Assembly: GCA_963765675.1 (NCBI GenBank)
Contig: CAVXXK010000001.1
Coordinates: 1,824,001-1,888,000, forward strand
Origin: an uncultured delta proteobacterium
Lineage (GTDB): Bacteria > Desulfobacterota > Binatia > Binatales > Binataceae
Length of the DNA stretch: 64,000 nt
Reading direction: 5' to 3'
Shown in pieces: positions 21,125 to 29,965 of the stretch (position 1 is the first letter of the stretch; each line of letters opens with the position of its first letter). The notes beneath the pieces were generated by a model. It saw nothing but the letters and a program-made list of their open reading frames with translations, did no database searches and was not told the origin of the DNA. A program made the position numbers and the translations under genes.

Positions 21125-23515
21125 ATGGTCTGGTACCGGTTCGGCGAATGGATAATCAAGCGGCGCTTTTACGTGCTGATCGTGATCGCCGCACTGACCG
21201 GCTTCTTCGGCTACTACGCGGCGCAAACCCGCCTGGTGACCAGCTTCGGCGATCTGCTCCCGCAGAACCATCCGTTCATAAAAATCGCCCACAAGTACGA
21301 CAAATACTTCGGCAGCGTCAACAACGTCACCATCATGATCGAGGCGCGCGAGGGCACGATCTATACGCCTGCGATTCTCGCCAAGATCGTCAAGATGACG
21401 AGCGACATGGATCTGGTTTACGGAATCCAGCATGGTTCGGTGCGTTCGCTCTCCACCGCGAGCTTCTTCCGTCCACTGGCGGGCGGTGTGATCCTGAACA
21501 CTCCGGTGCTGCCGGGCGGCAAGGTTCCCTCGACCCAGGGAGAGATCGATGAGGTCCGCAGCAACGTCCACAAAAATCCGGGCGTGGTATTCGGACGGTT
21601 CGTCTCGCTCGACGACAAGGCCGCGATTATCGAGGGGAGCTTCCTCGAGTCGCGGCTCGACTACCAGCGGATCTTCGACGAGGTTTACAAAATCGTCGTC
21701 GATCCTGAAAAAGGATCGGACGTAAGGATCTATGTTGGCGGGCAGCCGATTCTGTACGGATGGGTATACCATTACACGCCGCAAATTTTCAAAATTTTCC
21801 TCCTGACCGTGCTCGCGCTGTGGATTCTGCTCTATCTCTATTTCCATGATTGGCGCGGAGCGCTGCGCCCGACGATCTCGGGCGTAATCTGCGCGATCTG
21901 GGGCCTGGGCTTTATCCGGCTCATCGGGTTCACGCTCGATCCGCTGGTGCTGGTGATCCCGTTCCTGATAACCGCGCGCGCCGTCAGCCATTCGGTGCAG
22001 ATGCACGATCGGTATTACGAGGAGTATTACCGCACTCGCGACAAGAACACCGCGATCCTTTCCGCCTTCTCGGAATTGTTCGTTCCGTCGCTCTCGGGAA
22101 TCCTGACCGACGCATTCGGAGTGCTGGTGATCCTGCTGGTGCCGGTGCTGTTCCTGCAAAAGCTCGCGATCACGGCGTCGTTCTGGATCGCCGCGATTAT
22201 CGTAAGCGAGTTGCTGCTCAACCCGATCGTCTATTACTACCTCGAGCCGCCGCGAATCGAAGTGATCGAACGGCGCGAGCATGGCTTCTTCAAGCGGATG
22301 CTGATCGCGATCGCGCATCCGATGCTCGAGCCTCGCGGGCGTAGAATCACGATGATCGCGACCGCGGTCGCGGTTTTGCTCTGCGCATTCTTCTGGACCG
22401 GGCTCAAGGTCGGCGACCCGTCTTCGCAATCGCCGGTGCTGTGGCCCAACTCGCCCTACAACCACGCGATGAAATCGATCCAGGACGAGTTCGGCGCGAT
22501 CGAACAGTTCGTGGTGGTCGCGGAGCTGAAAAGTCGCGGCGCGCTGAACGATCCGAAGCTGTATCACGTGATGGATCGCTACGAACGCTACATGGAAGGC
22601 GATCCCGCGGTCGGAAGCGCTTTTTCGGTCGCCGACCTGCTCTCCAACGGTGGCGGCGCACTGCAAGAGTTCGAGCCAAAATGGTTCGTGCTGCCGGCCA
22701 CCAAGCGCGGCACCGGCCAATTGCTCGGCGGCTTGCTGGCAGGCGCCTCACCGCTTTCGACCGCGTACATTATTACGCCGCGGCGCGACGCGACCCAGAT
22801 CACCGTGTACGTGAAGAATCGCGAGGGCGAAAACATCCAGCGAATCGTGCTCCGCACCCAGCGCTTTTTCGCCGATCCGAAAAATCACGTTGACGGAGTC
22901 GAGTTCAAGCTCGCCGCCGGAATTATCGGTGAGCTGGCCGCCGCCAACCAGGAAATTATCGACAACGATCTGCTGCTCAACGTGCTCGCCTTCGCGACCA
23001 TCTACATAATCGTGCTCCTTACCTACCGATCGTTCATGGCGGGTTTTTATTTGCTGTTTCCGCTCGCGCTGGCCAACGCGGCGATCAACGCATACATGGG
23101 CGCGCACGACGTCGGGATCAACATCAACACGCTGCCGGTGGTCACGGTCGGCGTCGGATTCGGAATCGACTACGCGATTTATATCGTGAGCCGGATTATC
23201 GAGGAGCTCGCCCTTGGCCGCGAACTCAAGGATGCGACCTACAGCGCCCTGGTTACTTCCGGCAAGGCTGTCGCCTTCACCGCGCTGACGCTGGTCGCTT
23301 CCGTGCTGTTCTGGTACTGGTCGAGCATCAGGTTCGACGCCGAAATGGGGATGCTGCTTGCGGTCTGGATGTTCGTGTCGATGATCGGCGCGATGACAAT
23401 TCTGCCGGTTCTGATCGTGACCTTCGATCCGAAATTCATCCATCGCGAGAAGGACCGGGTGCTCGCGTCGCGACGCCCCGACCTGGCGCAACGCACGGTG
23501 GCAACGGCGTCATAG
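21125..23515 (+). CDS. MMPL/RND-family transporter (putative lipid exporter)
   Basis: 796 aa, two 1+5 TM halves; ARAVSHSVQ and GVGFGIDY motifs. Confidence 0.9.
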   Translation: MVWYRFGEWIIKRRFYVLIVIAALTGFFGYYAAQTRLVTSFGDLLPQNHPFIKIAHKYDKYFGSVNNVTIMIEAREGTIYTPAILAKIVKMTSDMDLVYGIQHGSVRSLSTASFFRPLAGGVILNTPVLPGGKVPSTQGEIDEVRSNVHKNPGVVFGRFVSLDDKAAIIEGSFLESRLDYQRIFDEVYKIVVDPEKGSDVRIYVGGQPILYGWVYHYTPQIFKIFLLTVLALWILLYLYFHDWRGALRPTISGVICAIWGLGFIRLIGFTLDPLVLVIPFLITARAVSHSVQMHDRYYEEYYRTRDKNTAILSAFSELFVPSLSGILTDAFGVLVILLVPVLFLQKLAITASFWIAAIIVSELLLNPIVYYYLEPPRIEVIERREHGFFKRMLIAIAHPMLEPRGRRITMIATAVAVLLCAFFWTGLKVGDPSSQSPVLWPNSPYNHAMKSIQDEFGAIEQFVVVAELKSRGALNDPKLYHVMDRYERYMEGDPAVGSAFSVADLLSNGGGALQEFEPKWFVLPATKRGTGQLLGGLLAGASPLSTAYIITPRRDATQITVYVKNREGENIQRIVLRTQRFFADPKNHVDGVEFKLAAGIIGELAAANQEIIDNDLLLNVLAFATIYIIVLLTYRSFMAGFYLLFPLALANAAINAYMGAHDVGININTLPVVTVGVGFGIDYAIYIVSRIIEELALGRELKDATYSALVTSGKAVAFTALTLVASVLFWYWSSIRFDAEMGMLLAVWMFVSMIGAMTILPVLIVTFDPKFIHREKDRVLASRRPDLAQRTVATAS

Positions 23516-23544
23516 CGGCGTGCGCCGAGAGATCGAGCACGGCG

Positions 23545-23943
23545 ATGAAGCTCTTGCGGCTGGATCATTTTGGAGTCGAGGTCGCCGAGCTCGCGCGCGC
23601 CGAGCGGTTCTATACCGGCGTGCTGGGGCTTGCCGTGGCGGCGAACCTCGGGGACCAGGTGCTGCTGGAATGCGGCGGACAAAACCTTGCGCTGTTTGAA
23701 GTACCGCGCCCGCCGATGACGCCGCAGGCTCGCGCCGCGCTGATCGCGCATCCTCTCGGCCGGGGGCATCATGCGTTCCGCGTCAGCGCGCACGACTTTG
23801 CGGACGCAAAACAGCGCCTGGCGGCGGCGGGCGTCGAGACTGCTCAGCCAATAGACTGGGGCGATCACGATTGCATGTATTTCCTCGATCCCGACGGCAA
23901 TCTGCTCGAGCTCGTCTGTTACCGCGATGAGACGGGTCGATGA
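23545..23943 (+). CDS. VOC (glyoxalase/bleomycin-resistance) family protein
   Basis: LDHFG..V.EL..A.RFY..VLG; HHAF; YF.DPDGN.LEL. Confidence 0.9.
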   Translation: MKLLRLDHFGVEVAELARAERFYTGVLGLAVAANLGDQVLLECGGQNLALFEVPRPPMTPQARAALIAHPLGRGHHAFRVSAHDFADAKQRLAAAGVETAQPIDWGDHDCMYFLDPDGNLLELVCYRDETGR

Positions 23944-23944
23944 A

Positions 23945-24559
23945 ATGACCGCCCGATGCCGTGTGGCGTTGGCATTTCTGTTGGTTGCCGCGATCGCCGC
24001 GATGCCTTCGCTCGTGCGGGCGGAGATGGTTCGATACGTCGTCGATCCAAGCCAGTGCGAAGTTCTCGCCGTGGTCGCGCAGCCGATGTCGAGATTCCGC
24101 GGCGACGCGGTCGGGAGTTTTCAGGTGCGCTCCGGCGAGGTGACGGGCAACCCCGACAATCCGTCGGTCGACGCAAATCTGAAGCTCGTGATCGATGCCT
24201 CGAGCTATTCGAGCGGAAATTCGCGGCGTGACAGGGTCGTTACCGGAACTGTGCTCGACTCAGCCACCTATCCCGACATTACCTTCGTCAGCACCGGGGT
24301 GAAGGACGTGGCGATGGACACGCCCGGCGAAGGCTCCGCCTTGATTATCGGCAATCTCACCATGCACGGGCAGACGCAATCGATTCAGGCCCTGGTGAGC
24401 GTCGCGCTAATCGGGCGTGATCGGCTCGAGGCGCGCGGCGAAGTCACCTTCCGCTACCCGCGATTCGGGATCGCCGTTCCCAAGTTGCTCGGCATGATGC
24501 ACGCGAGCGACGAAGTGACGGTCAAGTACCGAATCGTCGCGAACCGCGTCGCTCGATAG
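23945..24559 (+). CDS. YceI-family periplasmic lipid/polyisoprenoid-binding protein
   Basis: Signal peptide; YVVDP, SGNSRRD, YPDITF.ST, GNLTMHGQT, FGI. Confidence 0.88.
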   Translation: MTARCRVALAFLLVAAIAAMPSLVRAEMVRYVVDPSQCEVLAVVAQPMSRFRGDAVGSFQVRSGEVTGNPDNPSVDANLKLVIDASSYSSGNSRRDRVVTGTVLDSATYPDITFVSTGVKDVAMDTPGEGSALIIGNLTMHGQTQSIQALVSVALIGRDRLEARGEVTFRYPRFGIAVPKLLGMMHASDEVTVKYRIVANRVAR

Positions 24560-25871
24560 CCCGCGCGTGCGGCGCCGCGCTCAGCTCCGCGCTTGGGGTC
24601 GCGCGCACGACCGGCGGAGTATGCAGCTCCCGGAACATCACTTCCGGATCGTAGTCGCCCGGCGCCGTGATCAGCAGTGAGTCCAACGAATGCGCCCCGC
24701 GCGCCATCGTTTCCCATCCGGTCATCACATAACCGACGCCACGGCTGGGCGGACGCGACGCCGCGGCGGTCTCGGAGGCGCCGGTTTCGTCGCGGAAATA
24801 GACGCGGCGCTGGATATTGTTCAGATCGGCGACGGGCGCGAGCGTTTGTACCGTGGTGCGGCCGTGGCCGCGAAACGCGATCCACGAAATCGCCGCGGCG
24901 TGATCCTCGGCGAGCGCATCTTCGGCGCGAGTATCGCCAATCTTGATCGGCGCCGTCCGCATTCCGGACCACAAAAGCTCATAGCCGCTCAGATCGGTGA
25001 AATCAAAATCGACCCGGACCTCGATATCTCCAAACAGTGCGTCGGGCAGCTCCGGAAAATCGACCGTGAACGGATTCTCGAAATAATCGCGGTAGAAAAA
25101 GTCGTCGCTCAGAGCCTCTGAAGAACTGATCCCGGGAAAGAGGCTGACCGAGTGGCTGACCCGTTTGATCACGCGGATCGGCCCCGATTTCCACGCCAGC
25201 ACGCGATTGCTCACATCGTTCTCGGTCAGCGAGATATGAAACAGTCCGAACACACGCGCGCGCATCCGGACCTTAAATCGATCGATCATGTTCGGCAGAT
25301 GCTGCCCCTTACGGTTCTGCAGCGTGAAGTCGTCCGCGATGTCGTTGGTGAAGCCCAGCCGGTAGCTGTCGGTCTCGATCGCGCCGGACGCGGGGTCGTA
25401 GGTGATATAGCTTATGGGGCTGCGCTCGGGCGCGTCCACCGCCGCAATATAAACGTAGCGTGCGGGGCCACCCAGTGGATCGATGATCTGAAGCTCGACG
25501 GCGCCCGGCGGCAGTGCCGCACCGCGCGGCGCGCGTCCGTCAAGGTCCGACATCATCATTGCGATTTCGTCGCCGCTATCGAGCACCCCGGGCGATTCGT
25601 CCACCGTCGGCTCGGGCCCGTCCGGCAGCGCGTAGGTGCCGTCAGTGGCGACTTCATCGATCTGAAACGGGATCGGTTCGAGTGTCGCGCCGTGCGCCGC
25701 CAGGACTTCGAAACGGCTAGTGCGCTGGCCGATGAGCTGCGGAATCTGCGCGCCGCGAACCAGCAGCGGCTGCCAACTGCGCGGGCTCGCAACCACGCGC
25801 CCCGCTGCGAGCAGCAGAAGTCCCGCCGTTAACAGCGCGATGCGGGCATGGCGGATACCGTCACGATCCAT
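24522..25871 (-). CDS. Secreted hypothetical protein (449 aa)
   Basis: Signal peptide; long ORF with PIPFQIDE and LDSGDEI segments; predicted beta-rich. Confidence 0.8.
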   Translation of the reverse strand: MDRDGIRHARIALLTAGLLLLAAGRVVASPRSWQPLLVRGAQIPQLIGQRTSRFEVLAAHGATLEPIPFQIDEVATDGTYALPDGPEPTVDESPGVLDSGDEIAMMMSDLDGRAPRGAALPPGAVELQIIDPLGGPARYVYIAAVDAPERSPISYITYDPASGAIETDSYRLGFTNDIADDFTLQNRKGQHLPNMIDRFKVRMRARVFGLFHISLTENDVSNRVLAWKSGPIRVIKRVSHSVSLFPGISSSEALSDDFFYRDYFENPFTVDFPELPDALFGDIEVRVDFDFTDLSGYELLWSGMRTAPIKIGDTRAEDALAEDHAAAISWIAFRGHGRTTVQTLAPVADLNNIQRRVYFRDETGASETAAASRPPSRGVGYVMTGWETMARGAHSLDSLLITAPGDYDPEVMFRELHTPPVVRATPSAELSAAPHARAIERRGSRRFGT

Positions 25872-25885
25872 TACAACTCCCTAGC

Positions 25886-26797
25886 ATGGCGGATTTTTCC
25901 GTTGCGCCAAAGGGCGCCAAACCTCCCCGCGAGATCGACGAGCTGGCCGCGGCGATCGACGCCGACGGCGGCGCGGCCCTGGCCGCCTACCAGGAACCGC
26001 TCGGCGATCATTGGCATCTGTTCGCGTTGCTGCCGATCGCGATGGTCAAGCCCACGCCCTATCAGCGCGATCTCTCGCCGGCGCATCTGAAGCGGATGGT
26101 CGAGGTGATGAAGAAGCTCGACCGCTTCACCGAGCCGATTGTCGCCGTGCGTTCCGGCGGAATCTACTACACTCCCAACGGGAATCATCGCCGCGCCGCT
26201 GCTGAAAAGGCGAAGGCGAAACTGATCCCGGCGATTGTGATTCCCGAACCGGACGTGGCTTTTCAGATCCTCGCGCTCAACACCGAGAAGCAGCACAACC
26301 TGCGCGACAAGGCGCTCGAGGTCGTCAGGATGTACCGCGCGCGCATGGAGCAGGACCCGCGCCGCGCCGAGAAAGACTACGCGTTCGAGTTCGAGCGCGC
26401 GCATTTTATCACGCTCGGGATCATGTACGAGAAAAAACCCCGCTTCTCGGGCGGCGTGTACGCGCCGCTATTGAGCCGCGTCGACGGCTTCCTCGCCAAG
26501 CCGCTCGCCTCCGCGTTCGAGGATCGCCTCGAGCGCGCGGCCCAAGTCGAGCGCGCCGACGAGCTGCTGGTCGATCTCGTAGCCCAGGGCAAGAAGCGCG
26601 GCTTGCTGCATCCCTACCTGAAGAACTTCATCGTCGCCCGCTCGAATCCGCTGACCCGCGCCCGCAAGAATCTGCCGACCTGCAAAGCCGCACTAACCAG
26701 CTTGATCAAAGCGCTAGAAGAATTCGACCTCGGCAAAATCCACTACGGCCAAATCCGCGACGCCGCGCAGATTGTCGCCGCAACGGCGAGTGAGTAG
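25886..26797 (+). CDS. ParB/sulfiredoxin-like N-terminal domain protein (orphan)
   Basis: PTPYQRD, PIVAV, NGNHRR, ALN.EK resemble the ParB CTPase motifs. Confidence 0.8.
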   Translation: MADFSVAPKGAKPPREIDELAAAIDADGGAALAAYQEPLGDHWHLFALLPIAMVKPTPYQRDLSPAHLKRMVEVMKKLDRFTEPIVAVRSGGIYYTPNGNHRRAAAEKAKAKLIPAIVIPEPDVAFQILALNTEKQHNLRDKALEVVRMYRARMEQDPRRAEKDYAFEFERAHFITLGIMYEKKPRFSGGVYAPLLSRVDGFLAKPLASAFEDRLERAAQVERADELLVDLVAQGKKRGLLHPYLKNFIVARSNPLTRARKNLPTCKAALTSLIKALEEFDLGKIHYGQIRDAAQIVAATASE

Positions 26798-26830
26798 CGC
26801 ACCTTCGCCGAGATTTGCACCGTTCGCGAC

Positions 26831-27107
26831 TTGTCATTCCCGCGCGCGTGGCTGCCGCGCGCGAGGAATCCCGGACGAAGGTTCGCTGTACGTGGAGGTA
26901 GCTTGGATCATGGCCGCCTCGGGATTCCTCGCCTAGGGCTCGGCATGACGATCGAGGGCTCGGTGCATGAGTATGGGAGTTCCAGCCGAGCCCCAATTGT
27001 CATTTCGACCGAAAGGAGAAATCCCGGGGCGTACATGCTCCGAGCTACGCGTATTCAGTGTCCCTCCGATCGGGATTCCTCGCGCGGCAGCCACGCGCGG
27101 GATGACA
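26831..27107. repeat. Composite palindromic element (family A, copy 2)
   Basis: Starts ttgtcattcccgcgcgcgtggctgccgcgcgcgag, nearly identical to 15868; same arms and central spacer. Confidence 0.85.
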
Positions 27108-27196
27108 CCGTAGAACGCGCAACCGTGAAATTCCGATGGGAATCCGAATGGCGGTACGACGGAAGACCGTCCGTCAGTGAAACAACTGATTGCCGA

Positions 27197-28906
27197 TTAT
27201 GCTGCTGCGGGCGCCTGTGCGAGTTCAAATGCGGCAGGGTCGAGGCCTTCTTTCGAGCGCAGGACGATCTTCGAGTCGAGCTTGTGCTCGAGCGTCTCGA
27301 GGTCTTTTGCGCCCGCGTCGTACAGGTAGCGCGCGACCTCGGGATTGATCTTCACGATTATCATGTCGGTGTGCGTGCGCCTGATCGCCTCGCGATAAAT
27401 TCCGCGCAGCACTTCGGCCGCCAGCGTCGGCACCGATTTGACCACCCGCCGCCCCTGGCATCGCGAGCATTGCTCGGTGAGCAGCGCCTCCAGGCTGTCG
27501 CGCGTGCGCTTGCGCGTCATCTGGACCAGCCCGAGCTCGGAGATTTTGAGCGCCGAGGTTCGCGCCTTGTCGCGGCGCAGCGCCGTCGCGAGCGCCTCGC
27601 TGACCTTTTTGCGATCGGGCTCGCGCGACATATCAATGAAATCGACGATGATGATGCCGCCGATATTGCGCAGCCGCAGTTGCTTCACCACTTCGTCGGC
27701 CGCTTCCAGGTTGGTCTTGAGGACGGTGTCATCCTGGTTATGCTTGCCGACGAAGCGTCCGGTGTTGACGTCGATCGCGGTCAGCGCCTCGGCCTGATCG
27801 AACACCAGGTAGCCGCCCGACTTGAGCCACACTTTGCGATCGAGCGCGCGCTCGATTTGCGGCTCGATATTGAACTTGTCGAAAATCGGCTCCTGCCCCT
27901 GATGCAGCATCGCGCGCGCGCGCAGCCGCGGCATGTAGGTCTGGATGAACTGCACGATGCGGCTGTAGGTATTCGGATCGTCGCACCATACCCGCTCGAC
28001 CTCGCTCGAAAACAAGTCGCGCACCGTGCGCAGCGCCACGTCCAGGTCGCTGTAGAGCATCGTGGCCGGGCCGCTCGACTCGCTGCGTTTGAGAATCGAG
28101 TTCCAGGTCTTGGTCAGAAACGCGATGTCGCGCTGGATGTCGCGGCGGCTTAAGCCCTCGCACGCGGTGCGCACGATAAAGCCACCCTGCTTGGGTCGCA
28201 CCTCGCTGACCGCTTCGCGCAGCCGCGCGCGTTCCTCGGCGCTCGCGATCCGGCGCGAGACTCCCAGATGATTGCTGGTCGGCGTGTACACCAGGTAGCG
28301 CCCCGGCAGCGAGATCGAAGACGTCAGCCGCGCGCCCTTGGTCCCCATCGGCTCCTTCGCGATCTGGACGATGATCTCCTGTCCGCGATGAAGCTGCTGC
28401 TCGATCGGAAGCCGGCTCCGCTGCGGCTCGCTGCGCTGATGACGCCGTCCTCCGCGTCGCCCGCGCCGTCCGCGAGCCTGTCCGCCGCCCTCCGCGGGAG
28501 CGGATGCGGGATCCTGATTGACGCCGAGGTCTTCGCCCTCGCCGATCGAAGGGCGGCCCTCGGAATCCTGCTGCTCGAGGTCCTGCTCGGCGGCGTGATC
28601 GCCGTTTTGAGCGGCGAGCTCGTCGGTCTCGACGTCTTCCTCGCCGATAACTTCCGCCATCGAGGTGAATGCGTCGGCGCCGCCGTGGAAATCCGAGACG
28701 TGCAGGAAGCCCGCCTTTTCCAGTCCGATATCGACGAACGCCGCCTGCATCCCGGGCAGAACGCGGGTCACTTTGCCTTTGTAGATATTGCCGGCCAGTC
28801 CGCGATGCGCCGTGCGCTCGAGAAAAAACTCGGCCAGCGAATTGTCTTCCAATAGCGCTACGCGCACTTCGAGCGCGGAAGCGTTGATTACGATTTCACG
28901 TTTCAC
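27197..28906 (-). CDS. Ribonuclease E/G family endoribonuclease
   Basis: GNIYKGKV..VLPGMQAAFVDIG, KEP.GTKGARL, IDVNTG, RLRNIGGII.VDFIDM, CSRCQGR; GTG start. Confidence 0.95.
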   Translation of the reverse strand: MKREIVINASALEVRVALLEDNSLAEFFLERTAHRGLAGNIYKGKVTRVLPGMQAAFVDIGLEKAGFLHVSDFHGGADAFTSMAEVIGEEDVETDELAAQNGDHAAEQDLEQQDSEGRPSIGEGEDLGVNQDPASAPAEGGGQARGRRGRRGGRRHQRSEPQRSRLPIEQQLHRGQEIIVQIAKEPMGTKGARLTSSISLPGRYLVYTPTSNHLGVSRRIASAEERARLREAVSEVRPKQGGFIVRTACEGLSRRDIQRDIAFLTKTWNSILKRSESSGPATMLYSDLDVALRTVRDLFSSEVERVWCDDPNTYSRIVQFIQTYMPRLRARAMLHQGQEPIFDKFNIEPQIERALDRKVWLKSGGYLVFDQAEALTAIDVNTGRFVGKHNQDDTVLKTNLEAADEVVKQLRLRNIGGIIIVDFIDMSREPDRKKVSEALATALRRDKARTSALKISELGLVQMTRKRTRDSLEALLTEQCSRCQGRRVVKSVPTLAAEVLRGIYREAIRRTHTDMIIVKINPEVARYLYDAGAKDLETLEHKLDSKIVLRSKEGLDPAAFELAQAPAAA

Positions 28907-29170
28907 TTGAGCTTGGTTCTACCCCGCGCGATGCGAGTCATTCAAATTAGGGTACCGCAAATTAGGGCCGCGTGCGGGGATGGCTTTTGCCTGGCTAGGA
29001 TAGAGCTGGCGCGCCCGCCTTATCTCGCATCCGCCTCCGCCCGCGCCTCCTCGCGAATCATACGGAGCAGCCATATCGCGCGCAAGGCAAGCCTCCAATT
29101 AGCCTGATTTTACGGGCTTTTCACACCCTTGGGCTTGACAGCGCATCCCCGCGCCAGTACGAGAGTTATA

Positions 29171-29818
29171 ATGTCCTCCGCCGCACAGACATTAGCGGTA
29201 CCCCTGTCTGGCGCCAGCGTTCTTAACACCAAAGTGCTGGTGCTGAACCGCTCGTACCTGCCGGTTCATGTGACCTCGGTAAAGCGCGCCTTCGCGCTGC
29301 TCTATCAGGGCGTCGCCCGGGTGGTGGATGACGAGTACCGCACCTTCGATTTCGATTCGTGGCGCGATCTTGCGATCGAGGTCCATCACGAGCGCCTCGG
29401 CGTCGTCGGCGGATTTATCCGCGTGCCGCGCGTGCTCCTTCTGACCGCATACGAGCGTATCCCCAAGCGCCACGTGCGCTTTTCGCGCTTCAATATCTTC
29501 GCGCGCGACAGCAACACCTGCCAGTACTGCGGCCGGCGCCTGCCGCGCACAGAGCTGAATCTCGACCACGTGATGCCGCGGTCGCGCGGCGGAACCTCGA
29601 CCTGGGAGAACATCGTCTGCTCGTGCCATCACTGCAATCGCAGAAAGGGCGGTCGTACTCCGGAGGAGGCGGCGATGGTCCTGATTCGCCGGCCGCGCCG
29701 TCCCGAATGGACGCCGTTCAGCGCCGAGATGTTCTCGCTGCGGCGCTATCGCGAGTGGATGCCGTTCCTGTCGCAGGTCGATAGCGCCTACTGGAACACC
29801 GAGCTGATCCAGGACTGA
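29171..29818 (+). CDS. HNH endonuclease (McrA-like)
   Basis: VLVLNRSY, RDSNTCQYCG, DHVMPRSRGG..TWEN.V.SC..CN..K. Confidence 0.92.
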   Translation: MSSAAQTLAVPLSGASVLNTKVLVLNRSYLPVHVTSVKRAFALLYQGVARVVDDEYRTFDFDSWRDLAIEVHHERLGVVGGFIRVPRVLLLTAYERIPKRHVRFSRFNIFARDSNTCQYCGRRLPRTELNLDHVMPRSRGGTSTWENIVCSCHHCNRRKGGRTPEEAAMVLIRRPRRPEWTPFSAEMFSLRRYREWMPFLSQVDSAYWNTELIQD

Positions 29819-29965
29819 CCGCTGGGTTAGCCTTGTCTGAAAACCACTAGTTCTCGGGCCTGCCCGAGGTTATCAACACGACAGGTTGGGGCGTAGACTT
29901 GATCCCAAGCTGCGGGTTTGGGATAAGCAATCCAACGGTGGTGGTGTGGTGGAGGCGTCGGCAGT

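Noticed and set aside
26831-28153. 440-aa plus-strand ORF and other long antisense ORFs (e.g. 4257-6809, 21047-22720, 31792-33396, 38750-40498)
   Set aside because: Shadow frames of well-supported genes in GC-rich DNA; no motifs, and some start inside repeats.
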